From assembly GCA_002269645.1 (NCBI GenBank), contig NIVC01002241.1:124001-188000 (forward strand): 64,000 nucleotides of DNA, given 5' to 3'. The stretch's first letter is position 1. Each line of letters starts with the position of its first letter. Below are positions 46,931 to 60,674 of this stretch, piece after piece. The position numbers and the translations under genes are program-made. Below the pieces are notes generated by a model. The model worked only from the letters and a program-made list of their open reading frames with translations, made no database searches and was not told the DNA's origin. Source of the DNA: Macrostomum lignano (lineage: Eukaryota).

Positions 46931-47475
46931 CAGGCGACATGTCTGGCCAGATGAAAGCCGCCTACGACATGGGCGACCTTGGCGGCGATGCGGCATCTGC
47001 CGGCTACGGTGGCGGCGGCGGCGGCCGCGCCTCGGCCTACCTTCGCCGGCGCGGATTCGGCTGGCTAATGGAAGTTGAAGAAGACGATGAGCAGCAGAAA
47101 CCGCTGCTAGAAGAGCTGGACATTGATCCCACTGATATCTATTATAAGCTGCGCTGCGTACTGCTGCCACTGCCTTACTTCGGCTACGATAGGCAGGTTG
47201 TTCGCGACAGGCCGGACTTCTGGGGTCCGCTGTTTGTTGTGCTGCTGTTTGCTCTGGTTGCCATGGTTGGCCAGTTCCGGGTCGTGTCCTGGATACTCAC
47301 CATCTGGCTGGCCGGCTCCTGGTTTGTCTACGTGCTGGCCAGATCGCTCGGAGGCGAGGTCAGCTATTCCCAGAGTCTGGGCGTCATCGGCTATTCGGTG
47401 CTGCCGCTGCTGCTTGTTGGCCTGCTGCTGCCGCTCGCTGCTAAAGTGCACGGGCTGGTTGGCTTCGCCTGCAAG
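46931..47475 (+). CDS. YIPF4: YIPF4 (Yip1-domain Golgi/ER protein) exon 2
   Basis: GFGWLMEVEEDD..KPLLEELDID..DIYYKLRCVL..RQVVRD.PDFWGPL..GQFRVVSWILTIW..GGEVSYSQ.LGVIGYS; donor AAG|GTGAG at 47476. Confidence 0.95.
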
Positions 47476-47509
47476 GTGAGCGAGTGTTAACTGTGCTGGG
47501 CTGAGGCTG

Positions 47510-48065
47510 TAAACTGATGGAGGAGTGACTGATTCTGAAGGATAATGAGGCTATGAGTTGATGGAGAGGGGATGCTGGGGCTATATGTTGATTGAGAGAA
47601 GATGCTGGGGCTATGGGTTGATGTAGGGAAGATGCTGAGGCTATGGTTTCATGGAGAGGGGATGCTGGGGCTATGGGTTGATGGAGAGGAGATGCTGGGG
47701 CTATGGGTTGATGTAGGGAAGATGCTGAGGCTATGGTTTCATGGAGAGGGGATGCTGGGGCTATGGGTTGATGGAGAGGAGATGATGGGGCTATAGGTTG
47801 ATGGAAAGGAGATGCTGGGTCTATGGGTTGATGTAGGGAAGATGCTGAGGCTATGGTTTGATGGAGAGGGGATGCTGGGGCTATGGGTTGATGGAGAGAA
47901 TATACTGAGGCTAAGGGGTGAGTAAGAGGGTGATGCAAGTCAATGGGTTGATTGAGAGGGAGATGCTGCGGCTATAGATTGATGAAGAAGAGATGCTGAG
48001 GCTATGGGTTGAGAGAGGAGTTGCTGAGGCTGAGCGTTTATGGAGACGAGTTTCTGAGGCTGTGG
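47510..48065. repeat. 30-bp G-rich minisatellite with 90-bp higher-order structure, YIPF4 intron 2
   Basis: Unit GATGCTGGGGCTATGGGTTGATGGAGAGGA; degenerates toward both ends. Confidence 0.93.
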
Positions 48066-48173
48066 GTTGATGAAGAAGGTAGAATTAATGAAGAGATTAA
48101 AATTCCGAAAATTTTTGTTTTTCTTGCTTGGTTATTTGGCAGATTAGATCTGCCCTGTATATTAATAGTCATA

Positions 48174-48547
48174 CATGCGCAACCTTGGGAATCACCCGGC
48201 CATTTGCATAGGCAACACACACATGTAAGTCGCTATTGGCTGATAGTGGTCACGTGACTACTACGCTCGCACTCTGTCCAATAGCGACTTACACGTGTGT
48301 GTTGCCGAGTCTACGACGTTTGCCAGCCGCCAGCCGGGCATTTGTTAAGAATTATGCCCTCTCTAGGCTTACATGTACCTGCATTTGAACATCGGTTGCT
48401 TTGACACCTGTTACTAAACCTACCAAAAATATCAAGAAGACGAAGAGCGTTCTAGTGAGCAGTTAGTAGTTAGTAGCTGGCAAACGTCGCTGGCAAACGT
48501 TGCCAATAGAAACGGCCGGGTGAATCCCAAGGTTGCGCCCAAGCATG
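48174..48547. mobile_element. CATG-flanked palindromic MITE carrying a nested insertion of about 190 bp
   Basis: CATG|CGCAACCTTGGGA...TCCCAAGGTTGCG-CCCAAG|CATG. The insertion at 48307-48498 is bounded by GTTGCC direct repeats and has a 14-bp inverted repeat CGACGTTTGCCAGC. Confidence 0.8.
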
Positions 48548-48576
48548 TTAATAATCAAAGAGACTACTATCAGTAG

Positions 48577-48762
<186 letters not shown>

Positions 48763-49377
48763 CTGCTGGTTTAACACGTGTCGCCTGATCTTGTGATTGT
48801 GTTATTTTTCTCTTATTTTTACGGATAATAGTTGGTTTTTAAGCTTGGGATTGAAATTGCATTGTATCTCCGTCTGTGTCTTTTAATATCCAATAAGTTT
48901 CATTTATCGTTTGCACCGATTCTCTCAGTTTTCGTGTTCCACAATTTTTCTCTCTGCATCGCCACATGCAAACTGCTCTACTGTCAGTAGCGTATATGAG
49001 CTATCGGAAATTTGGATATGTGAACTGTGCAGTGTAGTTAATTAGTTGTGCGGTGCATCAAGAAACTAGAGTAGGTTGTCTGCCTGTTATGTATTGCCTA
49101 CTCTATACGAACGGCCTTTGGTTTATCCATCAGACGATTGCTGTAGATAGCTATGTATATCTTGTTTGCTTTGTCATTAGAGTCTATATTACATTATAAA
49201 ATCTTATATGACCGTTTTTAGGACTTCTGGATAGCAAACAATAGCTGTTACTTCTGGTTCACAGTTTTCGGTAAAAATGTCAAATACTTGTCTCTCTCAG
49301 ACAGTTTCTTTTACGTGATTTTTCACTATAAGGAGAAGGATGAGATTGGACAAAATGATCGTCCAGTGAAAAATTAT

Positions 49378-49878
49378 TGAACCGGTGTTACACACTGACA
49401 GCTCAGTAATGAACCGGTGTTATACACTGACTGCTCAGTAGTAAACCGGTGTTATATACTGACAGCTCAGTAATGAACCGGTGTTATACACTGACTGCTC
49501 AGTAGTAAACCGGTGTTACACACTGACAGCTCAGTCATGAACCGGTGTTATACACTGACAGCTCAGTAATGAACCGGTGTTACACACTGACAGCTCAGTA
49601 ATGAACCGGTGTTACACACTGACAGCTCAGTAATGAACCGGTGTTACACACTGACAGCTCAGTAGTGAACCGGTGTTACACACTGACAGCTCAGTAATGA
49701 ACCGGTGTTACACACTGACAGCTCAGTAATGAACTGGTGTTACACAATGACAGCTCAGTAATGACGTGTTACACAATGACAGCTCAGTAATGAACCGGTG
49801 TTACACAATGACAGCTCAGTAATGAACCGGTGTTACACAATGACAGCTCAGTAATGAACCGGTGTTACACAATGACAA
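49378..49878. repeat. 32-bp minisatellite, about 15 copies, downstream of YIPF4
   Basis: Unit AATGAACCGGTGTTACACACTGACAGCTCAGT, head to tail with no spacers. Confidence 0.97.
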
Positions 49879-50599
49879 CTTCGCTAAACTGAAAGCTCTA
49901 GTGTTCCAATCCAGCTTGGCAATTCAAGTGTTTCAATTTGAAGTGATGAGAATAGACAGTCGATGGCAGAGGAGATTTGCAAAGTAAGCCTATTACAGTG
50001 TAATTGAAGCCGATATTATTATCTACATGTATTTGGTGTCAAACGAACGAGCGTAGTCTGCCTGTACGCAGCTGTCCCGGATCTTGTGCGCCGGGGCAAG
50101 CAATCGCGACTTCAGGTTGAAGCTTACGTTCAGGCAGCAGTTGTTAGAGCAACTTACTTTAATTCCCTAGCCAACAGATGGTCGCGGCCCCCTATAATAC
50201 CCCATAGGCTTATAGACGCTTCCACTTTCGGGAATGAAATATTAACGCACTGATACTATTGATTGACGATTTGAGATCAATACAGTACTAATGTATATGC
50301 TTTAAGAACTGTACAGGCAGCTTACGCCACCGATTTTGTGCAATTTCTAATGCCGAAAAGGACAATTAAGACCAGTGGTGGGAGCGAGGAGTAGCCGTTT
50401 TTTTCGGGCCGCACTTATTTTAAAAAAGACTTGTAATTATCGATGCAAATTCTTTAATTTTCAAAAGTTTTGAAAATGAGTAATTGTATGGGAAAGTTTT
50501 TTGCCGGCTCAAAACTAAACAATATTTGAGTCTTAAACGCTTGCAGTCAATGGCACTGACAGTGTGCTAGCGTGCGATTACTGTATAGAGCACGATTAT

Positions 50600-50890
50600 C
50601 GCGACTTTCTTGGCTTCCAACTGGGTCTTCTTCAGATTCTCCTGGTGTTGTCTCAACTTTTCTAGCTCGCGATCTCTAGCGTCCTTGGCTTTGGCGTCTC
50701 CACAAAACAGTTGCTCTGCTTCAGCTTCCCCCTTATCTGCTCAGGTGTCCACTGAACTGACTTCTCCAAGTTGGTGCATTTCTTGCTGACTCTATTTTCA
50801 CTATAGAGATCTGATGTGACTCTTCTCCAGCTTCTCCCTCTTACGCTCTCTTCATTTTTCATCCTCCAGCTGCCAGCGGCATGCAGCATA
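50600..50890 (-). pseudogene. Possible degenerate C-terminal coiled-coil of a hAT-type transposase
   Basis: Stop-riddled frame CRWQLEDEK*RERKREKLEK...ADKGEAEAEQLF...DRELEKLRQ resembles hAT transposase tails. No catalytic motif seen. Confidence 0.3.
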
Positions 50891-51965
50891 GGCACTGGCG
50901 CACAAACTCTTGAGCCAATGAAAGCCAATAAAATCCAGAAAAAAAGCTTCCGTGCAGAATATTTCTAAATGAAATTAACAAAATAACACACAATTAAATA
51001 TGTACGGTTGGGACGAACGAAATTGTGCAAGGAATTTTTAATAATTTTGTTATCATGAGAGTTTGAATCCGCGTTTATTTTTGTCTTGGGTTTAGAATAA
51101 ACAAAAATTAGTTTAAACGCGCTAATTTTGATTACTATGAAGCAGTGAATTCAGTGAACTGCTTGCCGCTAAATAGATAGATAGCACTAACCTAGGCAAC
51201 CCGGAACAGCAGATAGAGAATGTGTGCTCAGCGCGTAGCTACCAGTTAAATTGAACACAAGGAAAACGGCTACTGAATAATGCACATTACTAATATATAA
51301 TTGTTAGCCACAGTACAACGATTAAGGTAGTAAAATTACAATTATGAAGCTACATCATATCTTTATACTCTGTACTTTTATTTTCTAGTTCATTGGTTGG
51401 ACTTCTTTATCAATAATAAAATCAATAATAGGCATTTTTTAAGAAATCCAAAACAATTTCAGTAAATTCTTAGATAGAGAATGGTGGATTGATTGATAAT
51501 GATAAACTGGCTATGCATTATTTTAATAGGAACAAACTTTGTCACCTCGATAATAGGATTCCAGGAAAAATGACAACATAACATAAAACATCAATAGGGC
51601 ATATTGACGCTATTAGCTCAGAATAAGAATTGCATGTTTTAATAAACAACAATAATAAATGATAATTATATTTTGTTATAATGCGCGACACTGCGAACTA
51701 CAAACAAAAAATTAGATCAAGCCATGAAATAAATAAATAATCAGGATAACATTATAGAATCGGATAGTAATGGGTATTTTAATTATAAAATTATATTACT
51801 CGGACAACACAGTGTAATGATAAATAATATAATAAAATATATGAATTGTGGGGGCGCCAGCGGGCGCATTATGCGATTACGGAGACGAAACACAAAGCAA
51901 AAACTGACACAAAACGCGAGACCGATTCACCCTCTTGCGCACAGTAACTAGATGATGATAAGTTT

Positions 51966-52216
51966 AAGCTTAGGCTGTGTGCAATGCTATCTTCTTTTTC
52001 CCATGGCTAGAATTCTAATTGGCTCATTTATCGATCGCTATCTAAACATTACCCCCGCCCCTCTACCCCATTTTATTGCCTTCCTCAGCCCTAAGCTTAG
52101 GCTGTGTGCAATACTGGATCTTCTCTTTCCCATGGCTAGAATTCTAATTGGCTCATTTATCGATCGCTATCTAACCACCCCGCCCCTCTACCTCGTTTTA
52201 TTGCCTTCCTCAGCCA
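51966..52216. repeat. 127-bp tandem duplication just 3' of the V-ATPase c gene
   Basis: AAGCTTAGGCTGTGTGCAAT...GCCTTCCTCAGCC at 51966 and 52093. Confidence 0.9.
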
Positions 52217-52473
52217 TGTACATTCCTAGCGGCGCTAGCCAATGTACATCTAGCTGATTTCCAACTCCATGCGCACTTGTATACCCAAAAATAGACTAAG
52301 TAGACTACGTGCATATTGCAAGCAAAATTTCCGAGCAGTAATTAAAACACTTCATCAAGCTGAAACTAAAATCCCACCAACAAAAACTCAAAAAGCCAAT
52401 TTAAATGTGCTCATTCTCTCTTTCGTCGACTCTCTCTTATCCGTTCTACTCAATCAAACTCTGGATAGAATGT

Positions 52474-52859
52474 TTAAACGGACAGAATGAGAGCCACAAT
52501 GAAGCCGTACAGGCCCAGCACCTCGGCAAAGATCAGGATGAGGATCATGCCGACGAACAGGCGCGGCTGCTGGGCGGTGCCGCGAACCCCGGCATCGCCA
52601 ACAATGCCGATGGCGTAGCCGGAGGCCAAACCACTGAGGCCGACGGCCAGGCCGGCGCCGAGGTGACGGAGCGACTTCTCAACGGTGTAATCAGGCGTCA
52701 TGTTCTGTGAGATGAGCACAGCAACTACTAAGCCATAGATGGCGATGATACCGGCCATGACAACTGGCACCACGGACTTCATGATGAGCTCGGGTCGGAG
52801 CACCGCCATGTTAGCGATGCCAGTGCCAGACTTGGCTGTGCCATAGGCGGCGCCCAGAG
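52474..52859 (-). CDS. ATP6V0C: V-type proton ATPase 16-kDa proteolipid subunit c, exon 2
   Basis: [12 protein letters not shown]...[23 protein letters not shown]...[35 protein letters not shown]; acceptor tgtgCAG at 52860. Confidence 0.97.
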
Positions 52860-54165
52860 CTGCACAACGTGCGAGTGTGGGGGATTGAGTGAGCAATGCA
52901 AGTCAGTTAGAAACGCATACCTGAGTTGGCTTAAAATGTGAAATTTTACTGTAACCTAATTGGATTAGATATAAATATTTTTTTGCAATTTATATTTGAT
53001 AATAAGCATCAATAATTTCAGATTTATTGGAATTCTTGAGTTTTCAAAACTTCTATGCCTAGCAATATAAAAGGCAGGGCAAAGATTTTGTTATTCCATT
53101 TGATTTAGATTTTTTTGACTGATGAAAGCTAGTATTCAAGCTCTCAATTTGGCATCCTACTCAGGCACTGTGATTCTGCAGCTTAAATAATGTGGCTTGT
53201 ATGTAACTTTTTACATCAGTGGTAAATAGTATGTTCTGATAGTCTGGTAATATTGATAAGCACTAAGGCATGACATATACATGTAGCATTTGGGAATCAA
53301 CTAATCATATAGAAATGACCAACTAAAAGAACTATCTGAAGTGAGCAACTTAAAAACCTATTAGGGTATCTAATTATAAGAAATAATTATCTATTCAACC
53401 ACAGAAATAATAAATAAAACTAAAGACAAAACAATATAACTGGCAAGGGGCCCAGCCAATGTAAGTCACAAAAATGCCCACCTAAAAATAGATATAAAAC
53501 TAATTAGATAACAAAACATTTAGCCTTAATAATATAGTCCCCTAGACAACCCACCTCACTTAACAACATATACAGGGTCTCCGCAACCTGGAAAAACCTG
53601 GAAATGCAAAGAAACCTGGAAAAACCTGGAAACGCCCCAAAACAGAAGAAAAAACCTGGAAATACACCAATGTGGGAGGGGAAACCTGGAATTTATCATT
53701 CTTCCTATGATCTGTGTAATGTGAAACTGGAAATAGACTATAATTTAGTAATGCATGCCATTATGCTATATGATGTGATAGAAACTTTGGTGTTAAAAAT
53801 GCTGCTACCATGTCATAGTATGTTACAAATACAACCTCTCCTGTATAGTTATATTCTTATTAAGTTGTATATTTATAGCAAAAGTCTTTTATTTTATACT
53901 TTTAATTTTGTTCTTCAGTTAGTATAATACAAGAAATAAATAATCTAGATTTAATCAATCTACAAGACTCTATAATTGTAATGTCTTGACATTTCTTCAG
54001 ATAGATGAATTTAGTAGAAGCAGTTCATATTATGTAATGAAGACAGTTTGTTTTATATAGTGTAGAGAATTGTATGAGGTTTACTTGAACCTGGTATTCT
54101 ACGATCTACTAGCTTTCCTGAATTTTTCTTCTAGCACTGAGCACTGCGCTATCACAGTCCCGATC

Positions 54166-57100
54166 ATGTCAAGGTTCTTGGATGCTTGGCTGAATGCCAT
54201 CTGTTTTCTACAATATGTAACCTTTTTAAAGAAGGCACCAGGGGATTCAGCTGCTGCTTTTTGTGCTGTCTGCAACAAAAAATTCAAGCTGAGCAACATG
54301 GGCAAAGCTGCAATTGATAGCCACATGCGCCAGTCAACACATGTAAAGAATGCCACTGCTGTGAGTTCCTAGTACAGTGTTTGTACAATGCTGTCATCAT
54401 CTCAGCAGCAGTCACAGAAGCCCAAGGATGGTATCAGCGACACTGTGGAACCATCTACAGCAACAGTTACGGTTCAAGAACAATTAGTAGCACTTCAGCA
54501 ACCACAGCAATCTACTGTCCTTAAGTTGAACTACTTCACTAGGGAGGCTGTCCTAAAGGCTGAAGTCACGTGGGCATTGTTTTGTGCTGAAAAAAAACTA
54601 CACCATGCGTTTGGCTAATGGGCTGCCAGAAACATTTCAAGATATGTTTCCTGATAGTGAAATTGCTAAGCACTTTTCATTGTGCCGAGACAAGGTATGT
54701 AATTGTTATGTATTTTGTGTAATCATTTTTAACCTAGTTAAAAATTAATGCAAAATTAAAGTTAAAAACCCTACTCTACATCCATTCCAACAGATTGGCT
54801 ACATGCTGAAATTTGGACTCACTCCATTCTTCAAGCAAGAGCTGCGCTAGAACCTGGCTGCCTATACCGACATCGTAGTTTGCTATGATGAGGCTCTAAA
54901 CAAGATTACACAAGAGTCAAATGGACATTCATGTTCGATTCTGGGATAACAAACGCCATCAGGTTCAATCCCAGTATCTTGGATCTGCTTTTTTAGGCTC
55001 AACCAAGGTGGAAAACCTGCTTGAAGCACTTGAGTCCATCTTAAAAAACCTGCCACTTTCATCCATACTACAAGTATCAATGGACAGTCCAAATGTAAAT
55101 TTAAAGACTCTACGACTGCTGAAAGGCAAAATTTCTGCTATTCCTGAAAGCCTGGTTCCTGTCAAAGCTGGGACATGCGGCTTGCATACCCTCAGCCAAG
55201 CTTTTCAGTGTGGCCATGCTTCAACTTCATGGGAGCTCAACAGATTTTTGCAAAGCTTATACCCGCTTCTTAAGGACTGTCCAACACGTCGAACTGAGTA
55301 CATTTCTCTCACGAAAGCTAACGACACCCAATTTCCACTGAAGCTTTGCCTTGTCTGCTGGCTAGAGAATTCTCCTATGGCTTCACGAGCAATTGCCATT
55401 CTGTCTAACCTTAAGATGTGGCTCCGGAAAGCAGCAGTGAGAAAAACATTTATTGTAATATCTTAATTATCTACAGTAGCCAAAACATATGTATGTTTAA
55501 ACAGAATTGGAGCTGTCAAAACGCTTTAAATTTAAGGTCAAAGGCGAAGGAAGTCAACTGATGGGCGAGATTTGCGATGCGTGCAAGGATCCGCTTCTTT
55601 CAACTAAGCTCCAATTCTTCCGCAGTGTTTTGCTGCTTCTTGAGCCATTCTTACTCGAATTTCAGACAAAGAAGCCAATGTTTGTCTTTCTCTATGAGAA
55701 GCTAAGCGTCATCGTTCTTACTGTTGGTCACTTTTTTTGAAGCCTGAGGTAAGTAGGTAATTCAATGCAGCCAACTGACTTCAACTGTAGTTCCATAGTA
55801 TATATATTGTCTTATTATTTTACACAACAGATTGTCACCAAGGCTTCCATGTTGGATCTGGCGAATTTGGAACTCGATAAGGCTGCTTTGCCAGCAAAGT
55901 TAATTGACATTAGATTCGCCACACAAAAAGAATTGGGTGTTGCTCTCGCTGAGAAGACAATTTCAGAGCAGGACAAACTGAAATTCCTTTTGGAATGCAA
56001 GCAGTTCTACTGCAAGTTGATTGAAAAACTTCTAGAGAAGTTGCCTCTTCGATATCCAATTGTTTGCGGAGCTAGCTCTCTCTCGCCAACACTCATTTGC
56101 AGCTCTCCAGAAGTCAGCCAACAGTGCTTTCGGATGCTACTTATGGACCTATGGACTGTTATGGACTGTTCAGAGAACAATGGCCGCATTAATGCCATGA
56201 GTGAGCAAGTAGACACGCTCTACTGGAACCTGCTTGCTGGTGCAGAAGCCACTGCAAGTGTGCTTCACGGCTTGCAGCTAGCAGCCAGGGATGCGCTCTG
56301 GAAGCCAATAAGCATGGCAATGCCATTATTGAAAGTGGATTTTCTGTGAACAAGGACTTGCTGGTGCCTAACCTCCTGCAGGATTCTTTGGTGTCCTGCG
56401 CCAAGTCCAGGATGCTATAACAGTAGCTGGTGGCCGCAAGAACATCTTACTCTCCAAAAATCTCCTATCTAGTGTCAGAATGGCCAGGCAGCGTTACCGT
56501 GATGCCTTGGAGAAAAAACGAGATGAGGAGAAATTGAACACAGTGGTCACCATATCCCAGAATAGAAAAGCGACTGACGAGATTTTCTGAATCAAACAGG
56601 AGCTTGAAGCTAAGCGACGTGCTCTTTGGCTGAAGAGACAGAGGCCAGTGTTGCCACTGAGCATTGTGACAAAAAAATGCTGACAGAAAAAAATAACACA
56701 GGGCTTAACACAATGATTAATAACAACAATAACAGTTGAAGACCAACCCCACCTAGAAATACCAAAGTGATAATTAACCAATAAAGAGACTGAATAACAA
56801 TTGGAATGACAACTCCTTTTCAATGTTCAATAGCGTAGCAGTCATAGTATGAGCGTAGTGAGTAGTCATTTTTTTTCTTTTTTGGAACATTCGGGAACGA
56901 ACAAGCAAAGCATGCTCTGCCTGTCCTTTCAATCTGGCAGCTTCCTCGGCTGTGCATTGGATGACATTGTCCATGGCACGCTGTTTGATTACCAGCCAAT
57001 CCTATGCAAATTGTGTCAGGTGCATGGCAATGTCCTGGTCTTTCCCTTGCGCCTTGCACAACCTCTCAATCGCTAGCTGAACTTCTCTTTTTACAGTCAG

Positions 57101-57250
57101 AATTATTCATTGAAAAAACATAGGAAAAAGGAATTCAGCAAATAAAAACACAAAATGCCAAAAAAACGCCAGTGTTAAAAAACGCCAAGAGTGGCAACAC
57201 TGACAGAGGCGCTTGCTTGTGTCGAGGAGTTGCACACAAGGCTCGCCTAA
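54166..57250 (+). pseudogene. Spliced hAT transposase pseudogene
   Basis: BED-like CAVC...SH...H, MFPDSEIA, YDEALN, SMDSPNVN, CGLH, (R>C)WLEN, HGNAIIESGFSVNK. Short GT-AG introns at 54361-54405, 54695-54793 and 55749-55830. Stops, frameshifts and a MITE in the last codons. Confidence 0.88.
56646..57202. mobile_element. 557-bp hAT-type MITE nested in the transposase C-terminus
   Basis: Perfect 13-bp TIR CAGTGTTGCCACT and perfect 8-bp TSD ACAGAGGC (56638-56645 and 57203-57210). Confidence 0.93.
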
Positions 57251-58290
57251 GTACATTTGGCAACTGACGACAGTTAGTTACAAGTACTTAAAAAGCTCAT
57301 AATTATTTGCTGAACATTGGCAGAGTGTTTACTGTCATGCATATTTTGCTTTATTTTCACTTCCATAAATGTCCCATTTTATGTTCTATTTTATGAGTTT
57401 CAGTTTCATTCAATGTTAGTCTTGTAGTTTTAATGGACGGCACGGTGCTACCATAGTCGGAAAATTGCTAAAAAAATTCACTGGAAAAGTTATTTGTCAC
57501 AATTGATACTTGAATTAGTAAGGATTCCTTAGAAGAAAAAATAAAAATCATAGTTGTTTGTTTTAGCTCAGAAAGTGCTTTTTTCAGTTTTTACTATAGA
57601 CGAATTAATAAAAAAGCGAAGTATCACCATACTGTTTAGAAATCAATTCGATTGAGTCCAGGATTAAAGGCAAGCATTAAAAAACATGTTACTGATATTC
57701 ATCAATGATTGGTTAATGCCTAAAAGCTACACATTTGACTTGGATAGGCCTACCACAAGAGAGTCTTAAGGCCCATTCACACCGCTTTCAAACGAGACCA
57801 AATTTCAAGTGATCACACGACATGTGCATAGTTTTTCATCCCTTTGTACGTAAGTCATGTGAGTTGGTTGCTTGTTTGATGGTGTTGTGAATGAGCCTTT
57901 ATACTCATACTCACTTTGTTCAGATGAGTCACTAGTTCAGATCTACCCAGCCCGCCCAGACCCAAAGCTTTACCCTCAGCCAATCCCTCCACCATTCTAC
58001 ATACGTAGGTAAGCACTTGTACACTGTGGCTTGCTCTCTCTCTTCCTGAGCTGTACATACAAAGTATGATATAGTACATTGGTATGCGCTCTTTGCACCA
58101 AGCACTCGCCGAACCACCCTCAGTCTTGTAATGCCATCGTGCTCATTTATGTTTTTCATCAATATAAACGTCAAACCTCAAACATAAGGAGGTCCCTTTT
58201 GAAGAGGTTTTGTTGTTCAACTCTGTTTAAAAGTGTTTCATCTAAACATTTAGTTGCAACGATTGTGCTTGCGTGTACACAGTTTTTATC

Positions 58291-60315
58291 ATGCCACTGT
58301 CACACAAAGATTGCCCCAATTGGATCTGCATTTTGTGCTTTTCGAAGGCAAAAGAGTTGTGATCCGTTACGCCCTGGATGCTGGCCATTATCAATTGGCA
58401 CAGTGGCTGGCTCTACGATCTGCACAATAATCGCGTTCCCAAGGCAATTTGTGGCACGTGCAGATTTGCTCTGCAGGGGCTGGAGAAGGGCCAACGGGCT
58501 GATGTGCCACCGATGTATGACTTCAGGGACGTGCAGCCACTGCTGGTGACTCGATCAGTGGGCCAAAATGGATGCAACTGTAAGATCTGCAGCACTACCA
58601 GATGCTGAGTTTATCCTCCAGAAGCCAACGTCCCAAAGCGGTCTGTTGGGCAGCTGAGTTTGACGGCGGACGAGGCTACAATGCCCAAGCCCAAAATGGT
58701 CAAGGTCTGCTCCTTCTGCATTAGTCCTATTGGCAGGGGCAAGCCGTACACATGCAACAGACCCACAAGACTGCAGAATGCGCATGCATTGTTGCAGGAA
58801 GCATCCCCGGAATTCCCAGAGCGGCTTGCCACAAAAATTGTGCAGCAGAAACTTATTACTTCAGGCTCCGGAGACACAGCCTTGGGCATCACCGTGCTGG
58901 CATCCAACGCTGGACCCTCAATGAGGCTGGCCGTGAATCCGCCACCTCTGAAGCCAACAGCGGTCTTCACGGTGGATAATATGCGTCATCTGCAAGGTGA
59001 GCTGGGCCTCAGTTCACGCAAAATGGAGGTTGTACTTCGAAATCTTTGGTCTTCGATTGGCGCCTCAGCTGTCCAGAGCAACATCCGGCAGACATTGAGG
59101 GAGATGGATCACGAACTAGATGACCTTTTCCAAGTGAAGCAGCTGGCGTTTATCCAAGAAGAGAGGGGAAGGCAGACTCCAGCTGAGCAGTGGGCTGTTG
59201 TCTGCACTGATGTGGTCGAGCTCCTGGGCCGCATGATTGCAAACCGCCGGCTGATGGATGTTGCTTCCACAGTCGTCAGAATTGGAATTGATGGTGGAGG
59301 TGGGTTCTTGAAGCTCTCGATATCCATTTATGACCTGTGCATGTGTGCTGGTGAGGAGCAACAGAAGGGGGCTGATTGCCGATTCCTTGACACTGGCGTG
59401 CATCGGGCTGTCATCCTTGGCATTGCTCCCAACATGCAGGAGAACCACAGGAACCTGGAGTGTCTCTGGGAGAGCTGCCGCCTGCAGCTTCTGTCGGTGA
59501 ACATCAGCATCGCATGCGACCTGAAGCTTGCCAACATCCTGCTCGGCTTGATGGCCCACAGCAGCTCGCATCCCTGCACCTGGTGCAACGTCAATAAAGG
59601 GAGCCTTGACAGCAGCGGCGAGCCAAGGACCTTTCGCAGCCTCATTGAGAAATACCAGGCCTACCTGGCTGCTGGTGGTGAATGCCAACTAGCTAAGCAC
59701 TTTGATAACGTCGTCCAGCCCAGCATCTTTTCCACTGGAGTTGAAGTCCCGGTGTTGCACATTGTCCCTCCCCCAGAGCTGCACCTGCTGACCGGTGCAG
59801 TCCATGTGCTATAAGAGGGTCTGCATGGTGTGTGGCCCAAGAGCGAAGCTTGGCTTACAGCTTGCAATGTCCAACGTGACAAGCATCACGGTGGCAGCTT
59901 TACTGGCAATGCGAGCCACAAGTTGCTGCGCAATGTGGACCTACTAGAAGCGATGTGCCTGATGGCAGCGCTGCCGTTTGTTGCCGCCCTTCGAGCGTTG
60001 AACTCAGTTGTGGTGTCATGCTTCGGGAGTGAGCTGCGTCCTAATTTCAAGCTGGCAATTCAGGAATTTCGCACCAGTTATGCCGATCTTGGCATTTCCA
60101 TCAGTCCAAAAATCCACGCAATTTTCCACCACGTCGGTGACTTCTGCCGCGCCAAGGACAAAACAGGCCTGGGGCCATGGAGCAAACAATGCATGGAGTC
60201 GATGCACAGGGACTTCCTCCTGCATTGGGAGAGATACAAGGTGGCGAGCACGCATCCTCTCTTCGCTGAAAGGCTCCTGGCAGCTGTGCGGTGTTACAAC
60301 AGTCACCATTTGTGA
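58291..60315 (+). pseudogene. Chapaev-type transposase, single 674-codon frame with three in-frame stops
   Basis: ORF-track pieces 58378, 58660 and 59830 share one frame with ATG 58291. Chapa-like H-x7-C-x2-C...D..P..IC-x2-C...CxCxxC; IGIDGGGGFLK; CDLKLANILLGL..HSSSHPCTWC; PPPELHL; GGSFTGN; PKIHAIFHH; GLGPWS(K)QCMESMH. Confidence 0.88.
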
Positions 60316-60556
60316 GCGTTTTGTGGAAAGTGCAAATCTGGAACTGCAACAGTTGAACTGCAATGCAAGTATTAGACAGTTATGAAGTCAGAAAATTTAG
60401 TAGCACAATTTTTCGACCCACTCAGTTATTGTAGTCAAAGCCTCCAGGAAAATCAACCCGCTAAATGTCCCCTTTGAAGTCTATATATTAAATTGCAGTT
60501 GTAACGATTCTAATTTGAATTGTAAGGTAATACAAAACCTTGTACGATAGGGGTGC

Positions 60557-60674
60557 TTTCACAAACCCAAAATTTCATAGCATCAAGAACATATTCACAT
60601 GGTTTGGGGTTAGATATTAAGGTGAAAGAATATAAAGAATAATTTTTATGTTGTACAATTTGGGGTTTGTGAAA
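60557..60674. repeat. Short inverted-repeat element within the Chapaev 3' region
   Basis: TTTCACAAACCCAAAATT and near-perfect inverse AATTTGGGGTTTGTGAAA. Confidence 0.5.

Noticed and set aside
52405-52710. 101-aa plus-strand ORF and similar shadow ORFs over USP, YIPF4, pol and the transposases
   Set aside because: Antisense or alternate-frame shadows of GC-rich coding sequence.
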